From NCBI GenBank assembly GCA_051859245.1, contig JBHYGA010000004.1, positions 768,001 to 832,000 on the forward strand: 64,000 bases of DNA, given 5' to 3'. This DNA comes from Gemmatimonadaceae bacterium (lineage in GTDB: Bacteria; Gemmatimonadota; Gemmatimonadetes; Gemmatimonadales; Gemmatimonadaceae). The translations under genes were made by a program, and so were the position numbers. Below are positions 47,153-57,424 of the stretch, piece by piece (position 1 is the first letter of the stretch; every line of letters starts with the position of its first letter). The notes under the pieces are model-generated. The model ran no database searches. It worked only from the letters and a program-made list of their open reading frames with translations, and was not told where the DNA came from.

Positions 47153-49051
47153 ATGTCCAATACCGCAACGCACCTTGATCACACGGATTCGTCCGTGGCA
47201 TCAACTATAGATACGACCGAACTGACTGGCTTCGCCTCGCTCGGCATGGATGTTCGCCTTCTCTCTGCGCTCACCGCGCTGGGATACGAAGAGCCAACAC
47301 CGATTCAAATGGCGGCCATTCCGCCACTGCTCGCCGGACGCGACGTGCTCGCGATGGCAGCCACTGGCACTGGCAAGACGGCGGCCTTTGCGCTGCCGCT
47401 GCTACACAAGCTCAATCCCAACGCACGCGCCGCCGAACGCACCGCCGGCCTCGTGCTCGTACCCACGCGCGAACTCGCCATGCAGGTGGCCGAGGCGGTG
47501 CATCGCTACGGCAAGCCGCTCGGCATTACGGCGCTGGCGATTTACGGCGGCGCACCGATGGAGCCGCAGCTCAAGGCGCTCAAGCGCGGCGTCGATGTGG
47601 TGATTGCCACACCGGGACGCGCGCTTGACCATTTGCGTCGCAAGTCGCTGTCACTCGCGCACATCAAAGTGGTGGTGCTCGATGAAGCCGACGAAATGCT
47701 CGACATGGGTTTCGCCGACGATCTCGAAGCGATTCTCGAGAACACACCGCCCGATCGTCAGACGGCGCTGTTTTCGGCGACGTTGCCGCCGCGCATTAAC
47801 TCGATTGCCAACGGTCACCTCACCGATCCAGTGCGCGTTCGCATTGATCGTGAGATCGTGGCCGACGGTGCAACCGCGCGTGTGCGTCAGGTTGCGTATG
47901 TCGTCACGCGCAATCACAAGATGGCCGCGCTTGGTCGTGTACTCGATGTGGAAAGCCCCACGGCGGCGATCGTGTTCTGTCGCACGCGTACGGAAGTTGA
48001 CGAACTCAACGAAACGCTCACTGCACGCGGATTGCGCGCCGAAGCGTTGCACGGTGGACTGTCGCAGGATCAGCGTGATCGTGTGATGAAGCGCTTCCGT
48101 GCCAAGAAAACTGATTTGTTGATTGCGACAGACGTTGCGGCGCGCGGACTCGATGTTGATCACGTGTCACACGTGGTGAACTTTGACGTTCCGTCAGACG
48201 CCGAGGCATATGTGCACCGCATTGGTCGTACGGGTCGCGCGGGTCGCACCGGTATCGCGATTACGCTCGCCGAACCGCGTGAACATCGGTTGCTGCGCAA
48301 CATTGAGCGGCTCACGGGTCAGCCAATCTCGATTGAAGCGGTGCCCACGGTGTCTGATTTGCGCGCGCGTCGTTTGGAGCTCACACGCTCGGCGTTGCGT
48401 GACGCAATCCTTGAGACGGCGAAAACCGGTGGTGATGAAGCGGGTCACGAAGTGATCGCGTCGCTGGCCGAAGAGTTTGACATTTTTGATATCGCCGCCG
48501 CTGCGGTGCGTTTGCTTGACGCCGGTCGACAGGGAACGGAAGAGCCAGAGATTCCCGTGGCGAGTGTGCGTCCTGAGCGCACGTCGTCGTACAGCGGATC
48601 GGCGCCGGGTGGCGCGCGTTCATTCCCGGCGCGCACGTCGCGCAGTGAACGTTCGGAGCGTTCGGAGTCTGGTGGTGGCCGCAGTGATCGTCCGAGCAGC
48701 TCGCGCGGTGAACGTCAGACGGGTGCCGCAGGACGCATTGCTGCGTCAGGCAGCGAAGGTGCGGCGGCCAAGCGTGCGCCAGCCAAGCCGCGTGCGCCGA
48801 GTGCTGGTGGTTCGCTCACCAAGTTGTTCATTGGTGGCGGTCGCAAGGCCAAGATTCGTCCAGGTGATCTTGTGGGTGCGATTGTGAATGAGACCGGTGT
48901 TGCGGCCGCTGACATCGGCGCGATTGTGATCAGCGATCGTCATTCCACGGTCGAAGTGCCGTCAGCGAAAGCAGATCAGATTGTGCAGGCGCTCGGCGCC
49001 GCGCACATCAAGGGCAAGAAGGTGCCGGTGCGTCGGGATCGCGTGGGGTAA
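47153..49051 (+). CDS. deaD: DEAD-box RNA helicase (DeaD/CsdA-like, DbpA RNA-binding domain)
   Basis: PTPIQ, TGTGKT, PTRELA, DEAD, SAT, HRIGRTGRAG; C-terminal IRPGDLVGAI.NE. Confidence 0.9.
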   Translation: MSNTATHLDHTDSSVASTIDTTELTGFASLGMDVRLLSALTALGYEEPTPIQMAAIPPLLAGRDVLAMAATGTGKTAAFALPLLHKLNPNARAAERTAGLVLVPTRELAMQVAEAVHRYGKPLGITALAIYGGAPMEPQLKALKRGVDVVIATPGRALDHLRRKSLSLAHIKVVVLDEADEMLDMGFADDLEAILENTPPDRQTALFSATLPPRINSIANGHLTDPVRVRIDREIVADGATARVRQVAYVVTRNHKMAALGRVLDVESPTAAIVFCRTRTEVDELNETLTARGLRAEALHGGLSQDQRDRVMKRFRAKKTDLLIATDVAARGLDVDHVSHVVNFDVPSDAEAYVHRIGRTGRAGRTGIAITLAEPREHRLLRNIERLTGQPISIEAVPTVSDLRARRLELTRSALRDAILETAKTGGDEAGHEVIASLAEEFDIFDIAAAAVRLLDAGRQGTEEPEIPVASVRPERTSSYSGSAPGGARSFPARTSRSERSERSESGGGRSDRPSSSRGERQTGAAGRIAASGSEGAAAKRAPAKPRAPSAGGSLTKLFIGGGRKAKIRPGDLVGAIVNETGVAAADIGAIVISDRHSTVEVPSAKADQIVQALGAAHIKGKKVPVRRDRVG

Positions 49052-49058
49052 TGACGCC

Positions 49059-49286
49059 GTGACCGATCGTCGGGAGGCGCGCGCGAACATGCCGGTGCGA
49101 GTGTACCGGCTGGGCGAGGAGCCGTCCGATGATTTGTCGGCGATCACAACGGCTGATCAGCGCCTCGCCATGGTGTGGGAGCTGTCGGCGCGCATGTGGG
49201 CGCTCACGGGAAAACCGTTGGCGAGTTACACGCGAGCAGAGATGCCGGTGCGTGTGATCAGGCGGGGTGTGGATGCAGACGTTTAG
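49059..49286 (+). CDS. Small hypothetical protein, putative partner of the downstream nucleotidyltransferase
   Basis: GTG start; RLGEEPSDDLS..T..QRLAMVWELS; overlaps next gene. Confidence 0.72.
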   Translation: MTDRREARANMPVRVYRLGEEPSDDLSAITTADQRLAMVWELSARMWALTGKPLASYTRAEMPVRVIRRGVDADV

Positions 49287-49740
49287 CGACGACTGGATTG
49301 ATTTCCTGAACGCATTGCTCGCCGCCAACGCGCGCTTCCTGATCGTTGGCGCGCACGCGCTGGCTGTGCACGGTGTGCCACGCGGCACGCAGGACCTCGA
49401 TGTGTGGGTTGACCCGGATCCGGAAAACGCAAAGCGTGTCTGGACGGCGTTATGCGCGTTCGGCGCACCGACGGGCGCATTGCGGTTGGGTCCGAATGAC
49501 CTGAAGCAACCGGACGTGGTAATTCAGCTGGGTGTGCCGCCAAATCGCATCGACGTGCTCACGTCACTCAGCGGACTGGAAAGTTTTGAGGTTGCGTGGG
49601 CTGATCGCGTTCAGAGTGTCGTGGGCGAGATGACGGTGCCCGTGCTCGGCAGGGAAGCGCTCCTTGAGACGAAGCGCGCGTCCGCGAGACGCAAAGACCT
49701 CGCGGATATCGAGGCGCTGGGTGAAACGCCGGCGTGCTAG
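49273..49740 (+). CDS. Minimal nucleotidyltransferase (DUF6036-like)
   Basis: IVGAHALAVHG.PR.T.DLDVW; K.AS.R.KDLAD. Confidence 0.88.
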   Translation: MQTFSDDWIDFLNALLAANARFLIVGAHALAVHGVPRGTQDLDVWVDPDPENAKRVWTALCAFGAPTGALRLGPNDLKQPDVVIQLGVPPNRIDVLTSLSGLESFEVAWADRVQSVVGEMTVPVLGREALLETKRASARRKDLADIEALGETPAC

Positions 49741-50380
49741 TCGCTTCTTTGGGCTCGCGATGCTCGACCTGTACGAGAATTTTAAGAACTCGTCCGGTCC
49801 GTTAAACCAGTCACAGCTCCAAGCGTGTACCACATTCTCGTATCCAAACTTGGCGCTCGAGCCAAATGATGCCATACAGACTGGAAACGCGTGCGCGAAG
49901 TAGCGAACTGCCTTTTTGGATTAGACCCGAGAGTTGGAGCAAGCAGCACTGGCGCGGCGATCGTTTGAGCGCGTTGCGATGGCGGCGGGTCGGCAAAAAA
50001 CGCACGCCACTTTGACGTGAATACAGGTCGACCGTCGCCTTGCGCTCAATGCTTTCATGCGGTGCAGCGCCATTCCTGACAAGTTACATTGTCCGACAAT
50101 CGGGGGAGCGCAATCATTAAGCCAAGCTACAAGCTCGGGACGTCGCTCAAGGTTCTGGGATTCTCGAGGGTGCAGATGTGAATGACGGATCCGTTTCAAG
50201 CGAGCTGATGCAGAACATCTGCCTCTAGACGATCACATACTCAGCCGCTCATCGTCACGAAATGCAGCCGATACTGCAATTCCGTCTGACGTCGCGAAAT
50301 TGGGGTTGCGCGTGGTTGACCCAGAAAGAATATTCGCGATTCGCTGCAGTACAGCTCATATCCAGCGCGAGAACTAAGTA

Positions 50381-51838
50381 ATGCGACTTAAATGGCTCAA
50401 TTTGCTCCGCACACTGACGATCCTTGCTGGAGCGTCAGCGTGCGGCGACGGTCGAATTACTGAAGTCGCTGAAGAACAGCGCTCACCTGCGCTTCAGTGG
50501 CAGCAATCGGCGATGGCGCCGCAGTCAGTCCCGCGGCTGGGATGAGGATCGACGCTTACGTGCTCCATCGTTGCCGAAGGCGTAGCGCCCGGTGTTGCGC
50601 GACGCGTCGTACTGGTTCGCGGCAGCGCGATTCCTTTCGACGTTTCCCGCGCCCGCATTCGCGCGTTGACAGGCGGCATCACGCCGCCGGTGCTGCGTCA
50701 GTCCGCTGCGGGCACTACTTCCAAGGAGCTTTCCGGGACCATGGCACGTGGACAGCGCAACTTGCGAGTAATGTGTCCGCTCGGCGAGTTACTCTCCGCA
50801 ACCCAGCTCCAAGTCCTGATGGAGGAGAGCAGACAAAACGAACGCTGGGCAGCGATCGAGCAAGCGCTCTCCGCGCAAGCGGGAGTCACAAAAATTCTCC
50901 CCTCGGTCACGGTGCGGATCGAACCGGCGAGTTCGATTCCCGAATTCAGCCTAGGAGACTGTGGCGGTGAAGGTGAAAACGTACGAACACTGTCCTCCCG
51001 GAACGATCGTGCTGCGCGCGCGGCGCGTTCACGGTCTGAACCTGGAGCAATGTCGTCGTTAGGTGAATGTTGCGGCCCTTCTGACGTTATGCGGCAGTTG
51101 GCGACACCCGTTGCGCCTATAGCGAGCAGCATGGGTGGCGATTGCGACCCGCCGATGATGGCGACTGTGACTGTCACCGCATCACCTGCCTACGGCTTTC
51201 TCTCGCACGATACGATCATCTGTCTCGTTTTCGGCAAGTGTGCCTCGGAGTGGGGCGCGAACGATCCTTGGTGGGGCGAGTCAGAACTATGGGTTCACTA
51301 CGACGGAATGGGCGGCGGTGGACTATACGGAGCTGGGTCCAGCCCTCCTCCGCCTCCTCCGGTCGACGCGACCACTCCAGTTGCTGCCGATACCATCCCC
51401 GATTGTTCTAATCCGAACAACGATGATGGCCGCAAAGCTTGGTGCAGCCCTGCCTCCTGGACACCCGGGCAAGCTGAGTCTGCGCAAATCGACTCCGCGG
51501 TCACCAGGATGCGCGCCAAAGGTGGGGCATGCACGCAGCTGGCTTCAATCATAGAATCGTTGCTGCTAAAGGGCAGAATCCGCATTTATGCCAGTGGCAG
51601 CTGGCCATTTGGGGGCAAGGCCCCGTTAGTAACCGACGGAACCGGTGCCAATCATTGGATGGTACTGGCCGGCGACTGGTTCACCGTCTTCAACAGTCCC
51701 GCTAACGCCACAGTAAAAGAGCCGGTGCGTCGTTGGCTTGATCAGACGCTCGCTCATGAGGCTGATCATCTTTCCGGCCTGAATCATATTGATCCTCCTG
51801 CCGGGTACTCAACTCCGAATTCCTCTGCCTGCAGTTGA
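50381..51838 (+). pseudogene. Lipoprotein with C-terminal HExxH metallopeptidase-like domain, interrupted by an in-frame TGA at 50543-50545
   Basis: MRLKWLNLLRTLTILAGASACGD lipobox is in frame with ORF 50666-51838 (TLAHEADHLSGLNH); only one stop in between. Confidence 0.65.
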
Positions 51839-51900
51839 GTTGGGAAAGAACAACGATGGAAAATGTGCATTCCTTAACGCAGACCACACACTGGTACACG

Positions 51901-52644
51901 ATGGCGCTCGAAATTTCAGCGATAGTCCGCATTCTACGTACTCTCGCTGTACGCTCAGCTCTGTTCGCCAGTCTGTGCGCACCAGTCGTGACGGAAGCTT
52001 GGGCTCAGAGCGCACCCAATCACCGATTATCTATCGAGACCCGCCTGCCCGACTCGCTACACGAGTCCCACGCCGGCGGCAGATACCGCATGATCATCTC
52101 CCGCTCAGCAACATCTCCATTCGAGCGGGAGCTTATACGAATTGCCGAGCTCGTGTTACCGGACAGCAGTGTATACACCGATCTCTCACTCACGCCTGAG
52201 TCGAGACGGGAGTTCGAGCGAGCTGCGTCCGGTGTCGCGCGAGAGGTATCGTTCGCGCGTCCGGCTGAACCTCGAGTAGCTGGCGAATCCGCTGAACGGT
52301 GGTGGTTTCTGGATTTCGATGGAACCTTCACGCCGCTCTCACTTACGTCCGGTGCGGTTAGCTACTACATCGGGCGATTTCGCGACATCGCCCAAGGACT
52401 TGGGCAGTTTCGGCAACCCGGTGAGGACGGCCCGGATCGCTTGGAGTTCAGCTACCGCGCTCGCGTTATGTCGACCACGGAACACAATGCGCACCGTGTC
52501 GTGGAACTGTCGATGAATTGGAACTACTGGTGCAGCACCCTCTGCGGGATGAGCTTTTCCTACAAGCGTCGGGTGTTCTTCGACACTGAGGGCCGTGTAG
52601 TGCACGTCGATGGCGATGGTCCGGCGAAGGTGAGCGTATCATAG
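51901..52644 (+). CDS. Secreted hypothetical protein with CxxLCG motif
   Basis: Signal ..AWAQ; YWCSTLCGM. Confidence 0.68.
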   Translation: MALEISAIVRILRTLAVRSALFASLCAPVVTEAWAQSAPNHRLSIETRLPDSLHESHAGGRYRMIISRSATSPFERELIRIAELVLPDSSVYTDLSLTPESRREFERAASGVAREVSFARPAEPRVAGESAERWWFLDFDGTFTPLSLTSGAVSYYIGRFRDIAQGLGQFRQPGEDGPDRLEFSYRARVMSTTEHNAHRVVELSMNWNYWCSTLCGMSFSYKRRVFFDTEGRVVHVDGDGPAKVSVS

Positions 52645-52719
52645 CGATCCACCCAGAAAGCAAGAAATCAGCACCCCTCCCCTTGCATCGCCCACACGCC
52701 GTCGATGAGCGCTGACCAT

Positions 52720-53075
52720 CGTGTCCAAGACCTCGCTGGCAGCATAGCGTTCAAGCATACTGCGCGACGAACGGTGATAGAATCGGAATGCCGCGTCGGC
52801 GATAGTGCAACGAATGGCTTCGTCCGTTTTGGCCTCAACGTTGTGGGATCTCATTGCGCTGGTACTTCCCATCGGCAACCGCGCGCAGGATGCCACGATG
52901 TTTGGACACATCCCGCAGCCCCTCTTCCTGATCGAGCGAGGTCTCTACCAGCAGTCGGACTTCTCCGCGCGGTGCGAGAAAAAGTTCGGACACATTCTGT
53001 GCAAGCGACCGCTTCACGTTGATTGCGGAGAGATACCGTGGCGTGTGGCCGAATATGCCATACGCGAGTGCACGA
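52720..53075 (-). pseudogene. Fragment of an archaeal-type AAA+ ATPase (COG1672/DUF234-like); boundaries approximate
   Basis: Frameshifted pieces ALAYGIFGHTPRYL / AINVKRSLAQNVSELFLAPRGEVRLLVETSLDQEEGLRD..ILRAVADG..RNEI / IADAAFRFYHR. Confidence 0.6.
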
Positions 53076-53125
53076 TCCAGTGGGTAGTGGTGGGTTCTGG
53101 AGTAAGTCAGCCAATGCTGCGCACC

Positions 53126-53977
53126 CTAGCGGCGTGTCACAGTTTCCGGCGTCCGTAACATCCAGAAACCCCAGACTGCAATTGCAACGCCGATGAGCTG
53201 CGCGATCTGCGCGTAGCCAGGTCGGGCGGCTGTTGGGCCATAAACTGTGGCGATGGATAGGAAGAAAAATCCCCCCACAATCCGCAGCCATGCCAACTGC
53301 CGCCGCGGAAGCCGACGAACCAGAAAGGCCAGCGGCGCAAACGCCACCACGAGCAGGAATGGCAAGACGGCAGTCATAGCAAGTCTCTTGGTGATTCTAG
53401 ATGTGCCTGTGCCAACTCCAGTCGCGTCGAGCAGCGGGATTCGCAACAGAGCGCCATCATCGCCATGCGCCGTCACGAGCTCGGCCCGCAACTTGCCGCG
53501 CGCTCGTCGCAAACGACCCTCGACGGCGCGGTCAGTCACATCCATCGCCTGAGCAAGCGACGCCACGCTCGTGTTTTCATCGTAGAACTTGCTGAGTAGA
53601 TCCCTGTCGGCCAGCGAAAGGCGGGACATCGCCGCCCGAACCGCGGCGGCACGCTCTCCCTGTTCGACGAGTCCGCTCACGTCTGCTTGAAGCGAAGTGT
53701 CGGGAAGTAGGTCGAGAGCTTCTGCCGATTCTTGGCCGCTCCGGCGCCGATAACGAAGGCGGTTCAGCATCAAATGACGCGCAACTGTGGCTAGCCACGC
53801 TGCGGGTCGATCCGGAACTCCTCTTTCTCGCCAGACCCATACGGCCTGCAGCCAGGTGTCCTGAAGAATGTCGTCCACCAAATCACGATCCCCACCCACA
53901 GTGCGTAAGAGCTGCATCCGCAGCGGGTCGTGCACGCGTGAGTGAACCGATTCGATTACTTCGTCCCAATTGTTCAC
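53126..53977 (-). CDS. ECF sigma factor with C-terminal membrane extension
   Basis: DDILQDTWLQA..W...GVP..P.AWL..VAR; region 4 AVEGRLRRAR; three C-terminal hydrophobic helices. Confidence 0.85.
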   Translation of the reverse strand: MNNWDEVIESVHSRVHDPLRMQLLRTVGGDRDLVDDILQDTWLQAVWVWRERGVPDRPAAWLATVARHLMLNRLRYRRRSGQESAEALDLLPDTSLQADVSGLVEQGERAAAVRAAMSRLSLADRDLLSKFYDENTSVASLAQAMDVTDRAVEGRLRRARGKLRAELVTAHGDDGALLRIPLLDATGVGTGTSRITKRLAMTAVLPFLLVVAFAPLAFLVRRLPRRQLAWLRIVGGFFFLSIATVYGPTAARPGYAQIAQLIGVAIAVWGFWMLRTPETVTRR

Positions 53978-54059
53978 GGTATTATCTGGCGATGGCTCCG
54001 AATAAGTGCTCCACAAAGAAAGACACCGGAGCGAGCAAAAACCCATGAAATCGGCCGCA

Positions 54060-54091
54060 TGTAACCATAGTTGCATGTAATCATGGTTACA
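54060..54091. promoter_or_regulatory. Tandem pair of 16-bp palindromes (TGTAAC-N4-GTTACA-like operator)
   Basis: tgtaaccatagttgca followed directly by tgtaatcatggttaca. Confidence 0.6.
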
Positions 54092-54270
54092 GGCACACAG
54101 GAAGGTGGGCGTCGCGCCGCCTTGCGGCCCGCTCTACAATTATTGATTGCCCGCCGTCCCCAGGATCCGCGAGGCGACCGAGAGCGTTCCTCCCGCCGTA
54201 CGTGCAGTCCGAACACACCCATTTCACAGACCATTCAATGACACCGCTTTCCTCGCCGCGCTCAGCGGTC

Positions 54271-55203
54271 ATGCCCCGTTCGCTCCTCTCCGCCACCGCT
54301 TTTCTGCTCGCTGCCTGCGGCGGTGGCGCCGGTGACACACCGTCCGCCGACTCCGCCAGCGTCGTCCTCACGCCAACCGCACCAGCCAAGATCGGCGAAG
54401 TGACCGGCCTCGCCACGCCAGAAGGTGCGCTGTACGATGTGGCGCGCGACGTGTGGTACATCTCGAACATCAACGGCAACCCGAACGAACTCGACAACAA
54501 CGGCTACATCACCAAGGTGAGCGGTGATTTTGCCATGGTCGACACACTGTTCATTGCCGGCGGCTCGGCGGGTACCACGCTGAATGCACCCAAAGGCATG
54601 GCGCTCGTGGGCGATACGCTCTGGGTGGCCGATATCAACGCGGTGCGCGGTTACGATGTCGTGAGTGGCTTTGAAGTGGCGTCAGTTCCGGTTGAGGGCG
54701 CCGTTTTCCTGAACGACATCGCCGCCAGCACCGATGGCTCGCTGTACATCAGCGACACGGGCATCGCGTTTGGCGCGGGTGGCATGACGCACCCGGGCCC
54801 GGATCGCATTTTCAGACTCGCTGGGCGCACGGTGACGGAAGCGCTGCGTTTCGAAGGTCAGCCGGGCCCCAACGGCCTGCTCTTTGGCACCGATGGCAAG
54901 CTCATCGTGGTGCCCTTCGCGACAAGCACGATTTCCGCGTGGACTGCCGGCGCGGCGACGGCCGATTCACTGGCGACAGGCCCCGGCGGCTATGACGGCG
55001 CGGTGCTGCTCGCCGATGGACGCGTGCTCATCAGCAGCTGGACGGACTCCACCGTGCACGTGCTGCAGAATGGCGCGCTCACACCGTTCATTCGCAACGT
55101 GCCGGCACCGGCCGATATGGGCGTGAACCAGGCGCGGAATCAAATCGCGATTCCGCTCTTTGAATCGGGACGCGTGGAGTTCTGGAGCGCTGGTACTAAC
55201 TGA
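54271..55203 (+). CDS. SMP-30/gluconolactonase-like beta-propeller lipoprotein (start may be 54238)
   Basis: LAACGG lipobox; GLATPE, YISNING, LNAPKGM, FLNDI, GPNGL. Confidence 0.88.
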   Translation: MPRSLLSATAFLLAACGGGAGDTPSADSASVVLTPTAPAKIGEVTGLATPEGALYDVARDVWYISNINGNPNELDNNGYITKVSGDFAMVDTLFIAGGSAGTTLNAPKGMALVGDTLWVADINAVRGYDVVSGFEVASVPVEGAVFLNDIAASTDGSLYISDTGIAFGAGGMTHPGPDRIFRLAGRTVTEALRFEGQPGPNGLLFGTDGKLIVVPFATSTISAWTAGAATADSLATGPGGYDGAVLLADGRVLISSWTDSTVHVLQNGALTPFIRNVPAPADMGVNQARNQIAIPLFESGRVEFWSAGTN

Positions 55204-55221
55204 TTCCAGGGAATCAGAACG

Positions 55222-55259
55222 CGCCGGGTGTGACGGTAACGTCACGCCCGGCGTTTTTT
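55222..55259 (+). terminator. Rho-independent terminator
   Basis: cgccgggtgtgacg-gtaa-cgtcacgcccggcg followed by tttttt. Confidence 0.9.
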
Positions 55260-55278
55260 GTCGCGCTATATTTCACAG

Positions 55279-55926
55279 ATGATGTCCGACGCTGATCACA
55301 CGCCGTTCTATTCACGCGAAGAAGAAATCGCGAACGCGCTCACGCATGGCGCTGGACTACTGGCGAGCCTGATCGGTGTGCCGCTCCTCATTGCCACCTA
55401 CCTCGCGCGCGGCGACGCGCTCATGGTGATCGGAGTGAGCGTTTTTGCGGCATCGCTGGTAGCGGTGTACACCACGTCCACGTTGTATCACGCGGTCCCG
55501 CACCCGCGCGCCAAACGTGTGCTGCGCGTGGCCGATCACGTGGCCATCTACCTGCTGATCGCCGGCACCTACACGCCCTTCACACTCGGTGTGTTGCGCG
55601 GCGCGTGGGGCTGGAGCATGCTGGCGGCGGTGTGGACGCTCGCCGCGCTGGGCATTTTCTTCAAAGTGGTCTTTCACAAGCGCTTCAAGCGACTGAGCAC
55701 GGCCTTCTACATCATGATGGGCTGGGTGATCGTAATCGCCCTGCGCCCGATGGCCCTGGCCATGCCGAGTGCGGGGCTCATGCTGCTCGCAGCCGGCGGA
55801 CTGTTGTACACCGGCGGGGTGTTCTTCTACGTGCGCAAAGCGCGTTACACGCACGCGATCTGGCACTGCTTTGTGCTGGGTGGAAGCGCCTGCCACTTCT
55901 TCGCGGTGCTTCGATACGCGGCATAG
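55279..55926 (+). CDS. Hemolysin III / PAQR family membrane protein
   Basis: EEIANALTHG, STLYH, DH.AIYLLIAGTYTPF, HAIWH.FVL. Confidence 0.95.
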   Translation: MMSDADHTPFYSREEEIANALTHGAGLLASLIGVPLLIATYLARGDALMVIGVSVFAASLVAVYTTSTLYHAVPHPRAKRVLRVADHVAIYLLIAGTYTPFTLGVLRGAWGWSMLAAVWTLAALGIFFKVVFHKRFKRLSTAFYIMMGWVIVIALRPMALAMPSAGLMLLAAGGLLYTGGVFFYVRKARYTHAIWHCFVLGGSACHFFAVLRYAA

Positions 55927-55976
55927 ACTGGGCCAGCCAGTCCGATAGCACGCGCGCTGTGACGCCCTGATGCGCA

Positions 55977-56003
55977 GGTGATGCCCGGGTGATCGCAGGT
56001 GAT
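55977..56003 (+). promoter_or_regulatory. Triple GGTGAT direct repeat upstream of 56083
   Basis: Boxes at 55977, 55988, 55998; mirrored upstream of 59644. Confidence 0.55.
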
Positions 56004-56082
56004 CCGCACGAGAGTCCCGATGCGATAGTTAGCCGCAGCAACATGCTCGGCTGGTCATCACATTTTGAGGCGTCGTACGCTC

Positions 56083-57423
56083 ATGCCCTCTGCGCTCACA
56101 TTCCTGCGAGCCAATCCGGTGTTCTCGGTCACGCTCGGCGTGTTCGTCGGGTGCACCATCATCTTCAGCGTGCTCATCGCGCTGATGACGCGATCCGGCG
56201 TTTCGCCGCGTCCGATCATATTCTTCGCGGGCTATCTCGGCATCATCGTTGCGCCGATGCTGCTCTTCCACGGCGCGCAAGCGTTTGGGCTGATCCCCCG
56301 CCGCGACCTGACGTGGACGTCTGACGGGTCCTCCGGAAGCGCGAGCACTGCACCACTGCGTGTGCGCGGCGAACTGCTCACGGCGCAGAACGGCCAGTTC
56401 ACGCAGCCCAGCCTGGTATTTGGCAACGGGTATCACAAAGACCTGATCAGTGATCTCCGCGAGCGCCTGCCGGACGTCTTTCGAAACGCCATCGCTGCCA
56501 ACATGGCGATCATGTCCGATGGGTCGAGCGTGGTGGTGGCCACGTTCGCCAACGCTGTCGAGGCCGAGACGGCAACCGAACAGTATCTGCAGCGGATGAT
56601 CGGCGAAGTACCCACCGTTGGTGCCGACGGCACGCGCACGGTGAACCGGGCCACGGACGTCGTGAAGGTGCTGGTGCGTGACGCCACCATGATTGCGTGG
56701 TCAGGCGCCAACGCGGAGCGCGTTGAAGCGGCGTTTGTGGCGGCGCCGTTGTTGGAGCGCACGTCGGTAAACGAACGCACCGCCGATGAGGGCAGAGACT
56801 TTTGGCTCTACCGCCCCTACGTGTTGGCGTCGCTGCTGATTCTGCTGCTGATCATCGCCGCGATGTGGTTCTTCCGAATGTCCACATGGGCGAGTGAGTC
56901 TGCTGCCGTCGCGAACACGACTCCAGTCTCCTTGAACGAACTACGCAATCGCCTGCTCAGTGTAAACTCGCTCGACGTGCCGTTCACCGTGGAACCGGTG
57001 CCCGGCAGTGACTCCCGTTTGCAGGTGACGTGGCGCTACGCCGACGCCAAATGGCTCGACCTTGCTCGCGCGCGAGGAATGCGACGTACACATCGCATTC
57101 TGCTGGACTTTGACACCAGCAATCACATGGTGCGTCCTCTCGAGCAACAGGCTCAAATCGATTGGTCCGCGGGTGTTGGTGGAGCGGATTTGCAATGGAA
57201 GATGGAGCTTGGCGTGGTGTTCTTTCAGCGGGAACGCTCCACGGTGTACGGCCTGCAACTCGATCCGTCGGGGCGACTGACGCGGAATCTTTCGTACACC
57301 TACACCTTCGATCTACAGGAAATGAAGCAGCCGCTCATTCAAGCGGTGACGCACGCTGGCTGGAGCTGGCGACCCACACTTCTGCGCGGTCCATCGTGGT
57401 TGCGCTGGCTTACCGGAGCCTGA
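56083..57423 (+). CDS. Hypothetical membrane protein
   Basis: Long ORF, three hydrophobic segments, host-like codon use. Confidence 0.75.
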   Translation: MPSALTFLRANPVFSVTLGVFVGCTIIFSVLIALMTRSGVSPRPIIFFAGYLGIIVAPMLLFHGAQAFGLIPRRDLTWTSDGSSGSASTAPLRVRGELLTAQNGQFTQPSLVFGNGYHKDLISDLRERLPDVFRNAIAANMAIMSDGSSVVVATFANAVEAETATEQYLQRMIGEVPTVGADGTRTVNRATDVVKVLVRDATMIAWSGANAERVEAAFVAAPLLERTSVNERTADEGRDFWLYRPYVLASLLILLLIIAAMWFFRMSTWASESAAVANTTPVSLNELRNRLLSVNSLDVPFTVEPVPGSDSRLQVTWRYADAKWLDLARARGMRRTHRILLDFDTSNHMVRPLEQQAQIDWSAGVGGADLQWKMELGVVFFQRERSTVYGLQLDPSGRLTRNLSYTYTFDLQEMKQPLIQAVTHAGWSWRPTLLRGPSWLRWLTGA

Positions 57424-57424
57424 C

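Noticed and set aside
49740..50200. Minus-strand ORF fragments as a named gene
   Set aside because: Interrupted by a stop and no family recognised; mentioned only as possible decay
50543..50600. Selenocysteine or genome-wide TGA recoding as a firm call
   Set aside because: No convincing SECIS hairpin or redox motif; TGA terminates many genes in this window
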